Of a stretch of 64,000 bases of DNA, positions 1-9,226 are shown piece after piece. Under the pieces are notes generated by a model. The model had not been told where the DNA came from, did not search any database, and was given only the letters and a program-made list of their open reading frames with translations. The number at the start of each line of letters is the position of its first letter. Position 1 is the first letter of the stretch. Location of the stretch: contig JBGSZS010000005.1 of the NCBI GenBank assembly GCA_041750285.1, forward strand, positions 30,353 to 94,352. The letters run 5' to 3'. The position numbers and the translations under genes were made by a program. Origin of the DNA: Candidatus Fermentibacteraceae bacterium. Lineage in GTDB: Bacteria; Fermentibacterota; Fermentibacteria; Fermentibacterales; JCC-6.

Positions 1-2
1 CC

Positions 3-563
3 CTCAAACTCGTTTTCACGGGAACACTCGGCGACGGCTCGATCTCCGGGACACTCCATGCCACGGCTTCGGGAGCCCCGGCAGAACTGCTTTTCACCAT
101 CATGGAAAGGTCGCACGAGTCCTACAGGAACACGCTGCTTTCAAGGTTCTTCGGAGCCGAAAGCCTCTCTGCGGTCTCGGGCACCGGTGACACGCTCGCC
201 GTCACAGGGGAATGGAGCGCACCCGGGGGGGAGGGCGCAATCCTTCTTCCCGGTCTCAGGGACTTCTGCCTTCCCGGCACCAGGGCCGCCCATCTTCTGA
301 TCCCTGCATGCCCGGACGGGATAGAGCTTGACGCTCCCGCTTTCGAAAGCCTTGTCATGGTCCTGGCCCGAAACGGCAGGGAACTTGTCCCCCCGCTTCC
401 GGTGACCGCCGAAGGCTATTCGTGCAGCATCACCCTGCACGGCGACACTCTCTTCCTGCGGGAAACCGCCCGCATCCTGCCGCTCCGTCCCGAACCCGAG
501 CGCATCCTCCCGACCCTGCTCATTCGTTCGGGCTCTTCAGCGAGAACGGTTCTGACGCCATGA
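3..563 (+). CDS. Hypothetical protein, 5'-partial (possible C-terminus of a DUF3857/transglutaminase-like protein)
   Basis: Frame of ORF 102..563 is open back to the window start; its TGA overlaps the next ATG (ATGA at 560). Confidence 0.55.
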   Translation, partial: LKLVFTGTLGDGSISGTLHATASGAPAELLFTIMERSHESYRNTLLSRFFGAESLSAVSGTGDTLAVTGEWSAPGGEGAILLPGLRDFCLPGTRAAHLLIPACPDGIELDAPAFESLVMVLARNGRELVPPLPVTAEGYSCSITLHGDTLFLRETARILPLRPEPERILPTLLIRSGSSARTVLTP

Positions 564-1960
564 CCGCCGGCATTTTCCTCTTCGTCGCGGCCACGCTCTC
601 ACGAACCGTCTTCCTCGACATCGGGCTCTTCAGGGAACAGGGACTGACCCGGGCCGTCTTCACGGTGACCGGTTTGCAGGGCGACGACATGAGGTTCTCA
701 AGGGTTTCACAGGATTACGACCCCGAGTACATGTCCGTGAGCTTCCTCGGCGCGAGCAGCGCGGTTCCCGCATGGGGCGTGGACACCCTGACCGGCTCGG
801 GCGGCTGGCCCAGGACACTCATGGTGGCCATGCCCGGCATCGCACCGGGCACGGAGGTGACGTGGTCATTCAGCGCCGAAGAGTTCGGTTCAAACGCGGG
901 AAAGGGATTCTGGTGGAACTGGAGGGGAACGCCCGGGCCCGATTCGGTGAGGGTCTCGGTGCATGCCTCACAGGAGTACCTGGTTCATCTCCGGGGCTTC
1001 ACCGAGACTGCGCCCGGCGTTTTCGTCTCAAACTCTGAGGACATCCGGGCCATATGGTTCGGATCGCCATCGAACTGGCGCGAGACGGGGGAGATGGTAA
1101 TGGGAGAAGCCCTTGCCGTTCTTTCCCCGGGCGCCAGCTTTCCGCCGGACCTGACCGAAGCGGTGATCCAGGCCGGAGCCGCAGGAGCCTCGGCCGAACT
1201 TTTCCTGGGAAGGGCGAGGACCCTGATCTCCGACAACTTCCGTGTCATATCGCCAAGGGGTGAGGCCGCTCTCAGGGTGAGGCCGCTCCAGTCCATACTC
1301 GACACAAGGTATGCCACACCGCTTGAAACCGCCCTGCTTTTCTGCGCAATGGCAAGACGGGCAGGACATCAGGCCCGTCTCGCCGCGGCCCGCAGCGACC
1401 TTCCGCCGTTCCCGTACCCGATCGGCTGGAACAGGTTCCTGGTCAGGGTAGACACCCCGGACGGCGCCCTGTGGTTCGAGCCTTCAGCACCTCTTTCGCC
1501 GGCCGGCTACGTCGAATCATCCGACACCCTGTTCGTTCTGGTCGAGGGGATGGACCAGATCCTCAGGATCGATCCAAACAGGGGAACAGGAAATCTCTGC
1601 CGCGAAAACTGGACCCTGAACCCCGAGGCGGGAACCTTCCGCCTTGTTCTCGACTGCAGGGGAGGTTTCGACAGGGAGCTCAGGGAAAGGCTCGGCGGAA
1701 TGCCCTCACAGGATGCCGTTCTCGCGCTCTCCGAATGGTTCAGGGGCTCCGGGATACACCTTTTTCCTACGTCCTGCGCCACATCGGACCTTTTCGATCT
1801 GGCGACACCGGCCACACTCGAGGTGAACGGTGTGTTTGCGGTCTCACCATCGCCCGTTTACGAGAGGGTGCCCGAGCTCTCCTGGCAAAGCCGGGGTGAG
1901 AGGGTTGTCGAGGTGAACGGCTCACCGGTTCAGGGAAAGGACCTACTGAGGATTGAGTAG
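560..1960 (+). CDS. Secreted DUF3857/transglutaminase-like domain protein
   Basis: ATG at 560 with hydrophobic N-terminus; MVAMPGIAPG, RPLQSILDTRYATPLETALLF and FNR-like WNRFLVRV...WFEP segments. Confidence 0.55.
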   Translation: MTAGIFLFVAATLSRTVFLDIGLFREQGLTRAVFTVTGLQGDDMRFSRVSQDYDPEYMSVSFLGASSAVPAWGVDTLTGSGGWPRTLMVAMPGIAPGTEVTWSFSAEEFGSNAGKGFWWNWRGTPGPDSVRVSVHASQEYLVHLRGFTETAPGVFVSNSEDIRAIWFGSPSNWRETGEMVMGEALAVLSPGASFPPDLTEAVIQAGAAGASAELFLGRARTLISDNFRVISPRGEAALRVRPLQSILDTRYATPLETALLFCAMARRAGHQARLAAARSDLPPFPYPIGWNRFLVRVDTPDGALWFEPSAPLSPAGYVESSDTLFVLVEGMDQILRIDPNRGTGNLCRENWTLNPEAGTFRLVLDCRGGFDRELRERLGGMPSQDAVLALSEWFRGSGIHLFPTSCATSDLFDLATPATLEVNGVFAVSPSPVYERVPELSWQSRGERVVEVNGSPVQGKDLLRIE

Positions 1961-3362
1961 GCTAACTGCGGTCCTGCTTGTCGTCATTGCCGGAGCCACC
2001 GCGAGGATGGTCCTTTACCGGGCCAATGCGCCCCTCTTCGCCCATCCCCAGGTTGATGAGCTCGAATACCTCGAACCGCCTTCCACGCCGTTCGAAAGGC
2101 CTCCCGGAACGTACTTCGCAGCGGGGCTTCCCTCCGCCAGGGTCGTCATGTCGGTCTTTTCACTCCTTCCCGCGCTGTTCTTCCTTCTCGCGCTTCCCCG
2201 TTCAGGAAAAAACCTCGTTCTGTCACTGTTTCTGGCAATCGAGCCGACCCTTGCCCTCAGCGGCATCCAGTTGCTCCCCGAAGCTCCGGCGGCCGCCCTC
2301 ACAGCCCTCTTTCTGATGTTCGTGCACCGTGGCGCCAACAGGATGGGCGGCTTCGTCCTGGGCGCTGCGGCGCTCTTTCGGGGCGAACTCCTTCTCCTGC
2401 TCCCGCTGCTGCCGGTCCTGGGGAGAAGGGGGAGGACAATGGCCCTTTTCGCCCTGGCCGCCGTGGTTCCCGTCGCGGCGGTGAACGTGGCCTCGGGCGG
2501 CCCTCCTTCCGTGGCTTCCACGGGAGGGGTGAACCTGTGGATAGGCTCGGACTGGAACCTTCTTTCGACTCCCCCGGGAGTGGAGTTCGAACAGCTCATG
2601 GAGGTGCAGCCGGGACGCACGTTCACGGAAAGGGCCGTGTCAATGATCGGGGAAGACCCGGCGGGATGGGTTTTCAGAGGGGCGGTGAAGACCCTTGCCT
2701 TCTTCACTCTTCCGGGTCCCGGGCGCAACATCGACTCGGGCGAAGCCATGAAGCCGTTGATCCCCCTTCTCGCCGTGACCGCAATTTTTCTGGCGGGTGC
2801 CGCGGGGATGCGCAGGGATCCGGCATCCGTGCTCATGGCAGCCGGAGTTCTGAGCGCCTTTCTCTTCTTCCCGTCCGTACGCTACAGGGCGGTCTTCCTT
2901 CCAGCATTCGCACTGAACGCCTTCTCCCTTTCCTGGAAGAGGCTGATCCCCGGAGTATCGGCCGTTCTGGCTCTGAGCATCCTCCTTCCGTACCCCGGCC
3001 ATGTCAGACCCGGGCTCAACGCTCTGCTGACAGCCCAGAACGCACTCCGGGAAAACGATGCCGCGGGGTGCCTCTCCATGCTCGATGAAGCAGGGCGGCA
3101 GGGCTTCGAAGGAGCGGACATCCACAACATCAGGGCATCCGCCATGGCCATCGGGGGCGCGGATTTCACCCGGGTCCTCACTGAATTCGGCAAGGCGCTG
3201 GAAGCCGCGCCCCGTTCACCGACGGTCTGGCGGAACATGGCGGTCTTCCTGTGGAACTACGGCAGGACTCAGCATGCCATCGAGGCCGCCCGAACCGCCG
3301 TGCGCCTGAATCCGGGGCTTGAAGCCGAGCTTTCGGAAATACTGGCTTTCAGGACGGAATAG
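1953..3362 (+). CDS. Membrane glycosyltransferase-like (GT-C/PMT-type) protein with C-terminal TPRs
   Basis: N-terminal VDE and FERPPG, many TM helices, GGVNLWIG, RYR motif, C-terminal TPR (ALEAAPRSPTVWRNMA). Confidence 0.6.
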   Translation: MSRLTAVLLVVIAGATARMVLYRANAPLFAHPQVDELEYLEPPSTPFERPPGTYFAAGLPSARVVMSVFSLLPALFFLLALPRSGKNLVLSLFLAIEPTLALSGIQLLPEAPAAALTALFLMFVHRGANRMGGFVLGAAALFRGELLLLLPLLPVLGRRGRTMALFALAAVVPVAAVNVASGGPPSVASTGGVNLWIGSDWNLLSTPPGVEFEQLMEVQPGRTFTERAVSMIGEDPAGWVFRGAVKTLAFFTLPGPGRNIDSGEAMKPLIPLLAVTAIFLAGAAGMRRDPASVLMAAGVLSAFLFFPSVRYRAVFLPAFALNAFSLSWKRLIPGVSAVLALSILLPYPGHVRPGLNALLTAQNALRENDAAGCLSMLDEAGRQGFEGADIHNIRASAMAIGGADFTRVLTEFGKALEAAPRSPTVWRNMAVFLWNYGRTQHAIEAARTAVRLNPGLEAELSEILAFRTE

Positions 3363-3408
3363 TCCGGACCCCCTGTTTGTAGAACCTTCGAACGGCATCT
3401 GAAGGGAG

Positions 3409-4632
3409 ATGAAAATGGTTTCCACAGTGGTTCTGATCCTCATGGCAATGATGAAAAGCTCCGAGAGTTACGACGCGGTTGTCGAGCGGGTCTCGGAGAT
3501 GACCTGGGACGGCGAACTGGCACGTGTCTGCGAAAGGTACGGTCTCAACGTGGTGAACGTGACCTGGGAGGACACCGGGAGGTACGCCGGTTCCTGCTGG
3601 GGCCCCAACATCTCGGACCTGACCATACAGGTCCAGCACGGAACCGCCCGCGAGAGGGTCTGCACACCCATGCCTGTCATAAGGTACCCGAACTTCCACG
3701 ACCTTTCCGCCGACCTCGACCCCGAATACTTCTACCTTCTCGTGGGGAACGAGCAGGGTGACGAGGAACTCACTCCGGTGAGCCTCAGCGATTACGTGTG
3801 GGGCCTTCGCGACTACATGCACGACCCTTCGGACTGGCCGGGCAGGAGGCAGGGGCTGTGGGCCCCGCGTGACAGCGTCGTCCTTGTCAGCGCGCAGGCG
3901 GTGTTCCTTCCCATTCCCGACAACGGCGAGGCCACGTTCAACCCTGTTCTGTACAACTACCAGTCCTACGAGGGCGACCCCGCCGTACTGGCCATAGTTG
4001 CCACCCGCGAGGGGACGAGCGCGGCGATCATAGACAACTCGAGCGAGTACGCCCCCGAGGGTTCGTGGGGGTGGGGCCAGCAGCTCTTCTTCAACGCCGA
4101 CGGCCAGCGTGCCAGCTTCACCGGGACCAGGCTGAGCGACTTCATGGAGGACGGCGGATCGCAGGACGGCCAGTCCGTTGCCGCCGCGGGCGAGGAGGGG
4201 CTGAACATGGTCCTTCTCATCCAGATACCCCTGCGCCAGAAGGAGAGAAGGAACACCGGCTTCGACGATTTGTGCTACGACATGTGCATGCCAGCCAGCG
4301 CCTGCGAGCAGTCTGCAGACGGTGTCGAGGCCGCGGTAGTCGGTCACGGTGAGCTCGAGGGACCCTACCGCGAGATAGGGGGCTACAGGATGGTTCGTGA
4401 CGACAGGTTCCCCATCCGCGTCACGGTTCAGTTCTACAAGGCCACCTCCGACGGCGCAGCCACCCCCGACGACATCCGCCAGATAGCCGAACAGATCACC
4501 AGGGTCTACGAGGACGCCAGCTACGTGGGCAGCCTGGTGGTGCCGGAAGAGAAGTTCGACCGCCCCACGGGGTGGAACGATGAGGACGTCGAAGTGAGCC
4601 TCAGGAAAAGGGTTCCCTGGCTCTACTGGTAG
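3409..4632 (+). CDS. Conserved hypothetical, probably exported protein (WEDTGR..SCWGPNISDLT family)
   Basis: 407-aa ORF with GGGAG upstream and strong C/G-ending codon bias. Confidence 0.8.
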   Translation: MKMVSTVVLILMAMMKSSESYDAVVERVSEMTWDGELARVCERYGLNVVNVTWEDTGRYAGSCWGPNISDLTIQVQHGTARERVCTPMPVIRYPNFHDLSADLDPEYFYLLVGNEQGDEELTPVSLSDYVWGLRDYMHDPSDWPGRRQGLWAPRDSVVLVSAQAVFLPIPDNGEATFNPVLYNYQSYEGDPAVLAIVATREGTSAAIIDNSSEYAPEGSWGWGQQLFFNADGQRASFTGTRLSDFMEDGGSQDGQSVAAAGEEGLNMVLLIQIPLRQKERRNTGFDDLCYDMCMPASACEQSADGVEAAVVGHGELEGPYREIGGYRMVRDDRFPIRVTVQFYKATSDGAATPDDIRQIAEQITRVYEDASYVGSLVVPEEKFDRPTGWNDEDVEVSLRKRVPWLYW

Positions 4633-4657
4633 CTTTCCCGTTCCGCGAGGTTTTCGG

Positions 4658-4707
4658 ACGCCCCCGTCATTGAGTATCATCACGGGTACCCAGCATGACG
4701 GGGGCGT
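4658..4707. other. Long intergenic stem-loop
   Basis: Perfect 13-bp inverted repeat ACGCCCCCGTCAT / ATGACGGGGGCGT with a partly paired 24-nt interior. Confidence 0.7.
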
Positions 4708-4716
4708 TCCTGACAT

Positions 4717-6351
4717 ATGGCTTCACCGGTATCCGAAACGGGCGAAAATGCTACCCTTGGCACCCCTTTTCAGGAGGGGAGAAGCGTCGCGCGTGCGACC
4801 GGGGTCCTCGGGGGGCTCACTGTCGCCAGCAGGCTCCTTGGTCTCGCGCGTGACATAGCCCAGGCCGCCATCCTCGGAACCGGCATGGCGGCGGACGCCT
4901 TCACACTGGCGTTCATCATCCCCAACATCCTGCGCAGGCTTTTCGGCGAGTCCACGGTTTCCGCGGCGTTCGTCCCCTCCTACACCGAGACCCTCGTGCG
5001 CGACACCCCTGAAGACGCACGAAGGCTTGCCCGGAGAACCCTCACCTTCACATGGTCGGTCCTTCTTGTCATCGTTCTGATCGGCATGCTCATCGCACCG
5101 ATCCTGGTCGGGGTTTTCGCACCGGGTTTCTCGGAGATACCCGGCAAGGCCGAGCTTGCCGCGGGACTCCTCCGCCTTCTCTTCCCATACATCCTCTTCG
5201 TGGGCACCGCAGCAGTGTGCATGGGGGTCCTGAACAGCCACAGGCACTTCGCGGCTCCGGCCCTTTCTCCCGTATTCTTCAACATCGCGGCCCTGGCGGG
5301 GCTTTTCATCCTTGCCAGGTACTGGCGTGCCGACGCCCCGGTATGGGGCTTCTCCGTCGGCATCCTCGCGGGCGGTCTCCTTCAGCTCGGGGTTCAGCTT
5401 CCCTTCATGAAGGCCAGGGGCGTCTCCATGAGGCCCGATTTCCACTTCGGCGACCCGGTGCTCAGGCGCGTTCTCAGGCTTGCCTTTCCCGCCCTGATAG
5501 GTCTGCTGGCTGCCGAGGTGAACATCATGGTCGACCAGCTCGTGGCATCCCTGCTCGCACCTGGAAGCGTTGCCGCCCTGGCCTACGGTCAGCGGGTGAC
5601 ACAGGTTCCGCAGGGCATCTTCGCGATCGCACTTGCAACGGCGCTGCTTCCGACCCTCAGCCGCCAGACCGCCCTGGGCCGGCTGGACGACGCGGGCAAG
5701 ACCCTCGGCTTCTCCACCCTTGCCCTCTTCGGGGTGATGATACCCGCCTCGCTGTTCATGGTCATCATGGCCGAGCCCATAGTGCTGACGGTTTTCGCAA
5801 GGGGCGCCTTCAGCCTGCGCTCAGTCGCCATGACGGCGGCTTCGCTCAGGTTCTACTCACTGGGAATGGTTTTCTTCTCGGCGGTCAGGATAACCGCCCC
5901 CGTCTTCTATTCGCTGAAGGACACACGCACACCGGTAAGGGCGTCGATCGTCTGCATGGCCCTGAACGTAGTCCTCAACGGGCTCTTCACACTGTTCTTC
6001 CTCCGCACCGGGTGGGCTGAACCGCTTGCGGGTCTTGCTCTTGCAAGCAGTGCAGCCAGCCTTGTCAATTTCCTGCTCCTCAGGCACTGGCTAAGGGGAA
6101 GGATAGGACCCACGACGGTTCCGGTTCGCGGATGGGCAGCCCTTGCAGCTTCGGGAAGCGCCGCTGCACTGCTGCTTCTCTTTATGAGGGGACCCGTCGA
6201 CTCCATGACCTCCATGGGCGCCCTTCAGGGTGCGGCCGCACTGCTTGCCGGCGGCATCCTGGTCTGCGCCGTCTCGATCGGCGTGTTCATCCTCTTCGGG
6301 GGCAGAGAGGTCAGGGCAACCCTGGCCAGGTTCACCCGCCGTGTCCGGTGA
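4717..6351 (+). CDS. murJ: Lipid II flippase MurJ (MviN)
   Basis: SRLLGLARD, ADAFTLAFIIPNILRRLFGE, FYSLKDTRTP motifs; ~14 TM helices. Confidence 0.95.
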   Translation: MASPVSETGENATLGTPFQEGRSVARATGVLGGLTVASRLLGLARDIAQAAILGTGMAADAFTLAFIIPNILRRLFGESTVSAAFVPSYTETLVRDTPEDARRLARRTLTFTWSVLLVIVLIGMLIAPILVGVFAPGFSEIPGKAELAAGLLRLLFPYILFVGTAAVCMGVLNSHRHFAAPALSPVFFNIAALAGLFILARYWRADAPVWGFSVGILAGGLLQLGVQLPFMKARGVSMRPDFHFGDPVLRRVLRLAFPALIGLLAAEVNIMVDQLVASLLAPGSVAALAYGQRVTQVPQGIFAIALATALLPTLSRQTALGRLDDAGKTLGFSTLALFGVMIPASLFMVIMAEPIVLTVFARGAFSLRSVAMTAASLRFYSLGMVFFSAVRITAPVFYSLKDTRTPVRASIVCMALNVVLNGLFTLFFLRTGWAEPLAGLALASSAASLVNFLLLRHWLRGRIGPTTVPVRGWAALAASGSAAALLLLFMRGPVDSMTSMGALQGAAALLAGGILVCAVSIGVFILFGGREVRATLARFTRRVR

Positions 6352-8140
6352 CAGCCTCAAAACACTGACCGGAGGCGCCCCCGCCCTTCCGGGAGTGTAC
6401 AGGTTCCTGGGGGATGGGGGGAAGGTTCTTTACATCGGCAAGGCCCGGAACATAAGGGCAAGGCTTCAGGGGCATCTTGCAAACCCCGGCGACAGAAGGC
6501 ACCGCCTCATCCTTGAAAAGGCCCGGAGCATCGACTGGACCGTAACGGGAAGCGAACTCGACGCCCTGGTTCTCGAGGCCGACCTGATAAGGCTCCACAA
6601 ACCGCCCATGAACGTCGACCTCCGGGGAACCAGCTACTTCCCCTGGCTGATGGTGACCACGGATGAGGAGTTCCCCCGCATAATAATCACCAGAAACCCC
6701 GACAGAAGCCGGAACATTCCCCGTTTCGGCCCCTACCCCGACGCTTCCAACATGCGCAGGCTCCTCTCATTCCTGCTGGACATGCACCCGCTCCGCCGCT
6801 GCTCCCCGAGCCGCCTTGCCCCAAGGCGCAGGCCGTGTCTGATGGGCCAGATGAACAGGTGCCCCGCGCCGTGCACGGGGGCGGACCCCGAAGCGTATCA
6901 CGAGTCCGTGAAGGCGCTTCTTCGGATACTTGGCGGCAGGTGGGAGGAAGCCAGGGAATCCATCCGCGCCGGCATGAGGAAGGCGAGTGAAGAACTCCGC
7001 TTCGAGGATGCCGCCCGCTGCCGCGACCTTCTTCTGCGCCTCGACTCGTTCGGGTGGCCCGCCCCCGAATCCGCGGCGGACATGGTCTCCCGCGACGTAT
7101 TCGCGGTCAGGGACAACTGGGGCATCGTGGTGCAGGTCAGGGGAGGGCGTTTCATGGGAACACTGAGGCTGCCCTTCGGATCATCCTGGAAACTGGCCGA
7201 GGCCGGGGAAAGGCTGTCCCTGCTCATCCGCAGCTACTACTCGGAAACGGGAGACATCCCCAGAGAGATACTGTGCGCCACCGAACCGGATGACGCCGGG
7301 GTCCTCGGGAACTGGCTGAGGTCGCGCAGGGAGGCTCCGGTTACAGTGAGGGTCTCGAGGACAGGTGCATTGAGGCAGCTCCTGGACGTTGCCGAACGCG
7401 ACCTTTCGCACTTCCTGGCCCGGCTGGCCTGGAGACGGCCCGCCGGAGGGGCGGAGCGCAGAAAGGCTGCGCTCGAGGCCGTTGCCGACGTGCTGGCCCT
7501 CGGGGCTCCGCCGGCCTGGATGGTCTGCCTCGACGCCTCAACCCATCACGGTTCCAACGCGGTGGCTGCCCTGGTGAGTTTCAGGGACGGCCTGCCCGAC
7601 CGGAACGGGTACCGCAGGTTTTCCATGCCTGAAGAGCTTTGCAGGAACGATCCCGCAATGATCGGAGATGCGGTGAGGAGGTTCATCGCCCACCTGGAGG
7701 GGCCCGGGCCCGACCTTCTCCTCGTCGACGGCGGGATAACACAGCTCCGGGCCGCATGGGAAGCGGGTCGTGAAGCTCTGCCCGAAACCCGTTTCGCGGC
7801 ACTGGCCAAGAGGGACGAAGAGATCCTGGCCGAACCCGAGGAGAAGATCATCTCCCTTCCGCCTGATTCTCCACCCGTCCTGCTGCTAAGGGCGATCCGC
7901 GACGAGGCCCACAGGTTCGTGATACACTTCCACAGGACACGGAGGCTGAGGGAGGCGACCCACTCGACGCTCGACGACATCCCGGGCATAGGTCCCTCCC
8001 TGAAGGCCGCTCTTCTGAAGGCGTTCGGCAGCGTGGACAGGATGGCTGCGGCCGACGAGGCAGCCCTCTGCGCGGTTCCCGGGATCGGCCGTGAAAAGGC
8101 CGCGCGCATACTGAGGGCCCTGAAGGAAACGTCTTGCTGA
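6341..8140 (+). CDS. uvrC: Excinuclease ABC subunit C
   Basis: GIY-YIG (GVYRF..VLYIGKA), Cys cluster, UVR (LRFEDAARCRD), RNase H-like (VDGG, IRDEAHRF), HhH repeats; GTG start at 6341. Confidence 0.93.
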   Translation: MSGDSLKTLTGGAPALPGVYRFLGDGGKVLYIGKARNIRARLQGHLANPGDRRHRLILEKARSIDWTVTGSELDALVLEADLIRLHKPPMNVDLRGTSYFPWLMVTTDEEFPRIIITRNPDRSRNIPRFGPYPDASNMRRLLSFLLDMHPLRRCSPSRLAPRRRPCLMGQMNRCPAPCTGADPEAYHESVKALLRILGGRWEEARESIRAGMRKASEELRFEDAARCRDLLLRLDSFGWPAPESAADMVSRDVFAVRDNWGIVVQVRGGRFMGTLRLPFGSSWKLAEAGERLSLLIRSYYSETGDIPREILCATEPDDAGVLGNWLRSRREAPVTVRVSRTGALRQLLDVAERDLSHFLARLAWRRPAGGAERRKAALEAVADVLALGAPPAWMVCLDASTHHGSNAVAALVSFRDGLPDRNGYRRFSMPEELCRNDPAMIGDAVRRFIAHLEGPGPDLLLVDGGITQLRAAWEAGREALPETRFAALAKRDEEILAEPEEKIISLPPDSPPVLLLRAIRDEAHRFVIHFHRTRRLREATHSTLDDIPGIGPSLKAALLKAFGSVDRMAAADEAALCAVPGIGREKAARILRALKETSC

Positions 8141-9084
8141 TCCTCGCACTGATCACCACACTTGCGATTCCCGACATCTCCGGGACGGCAGTCTTCCTCG
8201 CCGACCTCGAACCCGGCATTCCCATGCCTGCGGTCATGTTCGATGCACCTTTCTCCTGGGACCCGCCCGTGTCCGGCGGACTCTTCTTCCGGGCGGGGAT
8301 GGAGGCGGGCATCCGTGAGAGCTTTCACTGCAGGGGAAACGGCGTCACGGCTGGACGCAGCTTCTTCTCGGCAGGGTGGTTCAGCCCCGAGGGCTGGGCA
8401 TACCGAACCGGGTCGGGCGGCCTCTTCAGGTTCACCGCAGCAGGAGAGAATTTCGCATCCACCGGCCTCATCCTTCTCGAAAGCGCCGACGGCAGCCTTG
8501 GAATGGGTTTTAAGAGAGACTCCGCCGGCACCTCTCCCGTGGCGCTCTGGGAAACTCCCGCAGTCACGGCCGCCGCCGGCTCCCGGGGGGCGGGCATGGG
8601 ATTCGCCATCAGCCTGACTCCCTGGCTCGCCCTGGGTCCGGCGGTAACGGATGAAGGCCCCTGGGTGAAATCATCCATCAGTCTCGGACCCCTCCAGGTC
8701 CAGTCCGGCCCGGGAACGGACAGGTCCGGCGCTGTCGGGGGAATGGCCCGTGCGGCTCTCCGGGGGCGCAACTGGCTTCTTGCAGCATTCTACAACGGCG
8801 ACTCACTGGTCTGCGGGGGTACGGCAGTCCCCCTTGAGAACTTCTTCCTCGGCGCCACATTCCCCGGACCCGGCGTCAGCGCGGGTCTGACGCTGGGAGG
8901 GCTTGCCCTTTCCGGTTCCACCCTGGGAGGGGAGGAGTGGAGCGCCGGGGCGGCCCTGACCCTTTCGTTTGGCACCCTTTCGGTCTTCGGGCTCTTCGGG
9001 GACGAATGGGAGGCCGGTGCAGGCATCGAACTCGGAAAGGGCGGGGACTTCGGCGGGCAGCCTGGGCTTGGGACGCGCCGTTAG
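8134..9084 (+). CDS. Hypothetical Gly-rich exported / outer-membrane protein
   Basis: Overlaps uvrC stop; short hydrophobic N-terminus and alternating beta-strand patterns. Confidence 0.55.
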   Translation: MLILALITTLAIPDISGTAVFLADLEPGIPMPAVMFDAPFSWDPPVSGGLFFRAGMEAGIRESFHCRGNGVTAGRSFFSAGWFSPEGWAYRTGSGGLFRFTAAGENFASTGLILLESADGSLGMGFKRDSAGTSPVALWETPAVTAAAGSRGAGMGFAISLTPWLALGPAVTDEGPWVKSSISLGPLQVQSGPGTDRSGAVGGMARAALRGRNWLLAAFYNGDSLVCGGTAVPLENFFLGATFPGPGVSAGLTLGGLALSGSTLGGEEWSAGAALTLSFGTLSVFGLFGDEWEAGAGIELGKGGDFGGQPGLGTRR

Positions 9085-9117
9085 TATATTCGTGCGTTAA
9101 CAACAGCGCCTGTCAGT

Positions 9118-9203
9118 GCCGGGGTGGTGGAACTGGCATACACAACGGACTTAAAATCCGTTGCCCCATGGGCATGAGGGTTCGACTCCCTTCCCCGGTA
9201 CCA
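9118..9203 (+). tRNA. tRNA-Leu (anticodon TAA)
   Basis: GCCGGGG acceptor stem, ACGGA-CTTAAAA-TCCGT anticodon arm, long variable arm, GGTTCGACTCC T-arm, encoded CCA. Confidence 0.96.
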
Positions 9204-9226
9204 GGCATCTCTTCCAGGGGGGAAGA

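Noticed and set aside
3349..4716. Long antisense ORFs (also 13346..14644, 30977..31876, 32114..33319, 41889..42998, 42838..43836)
   Set aside because: Shadows of real genes caused by GC-rich codon bias
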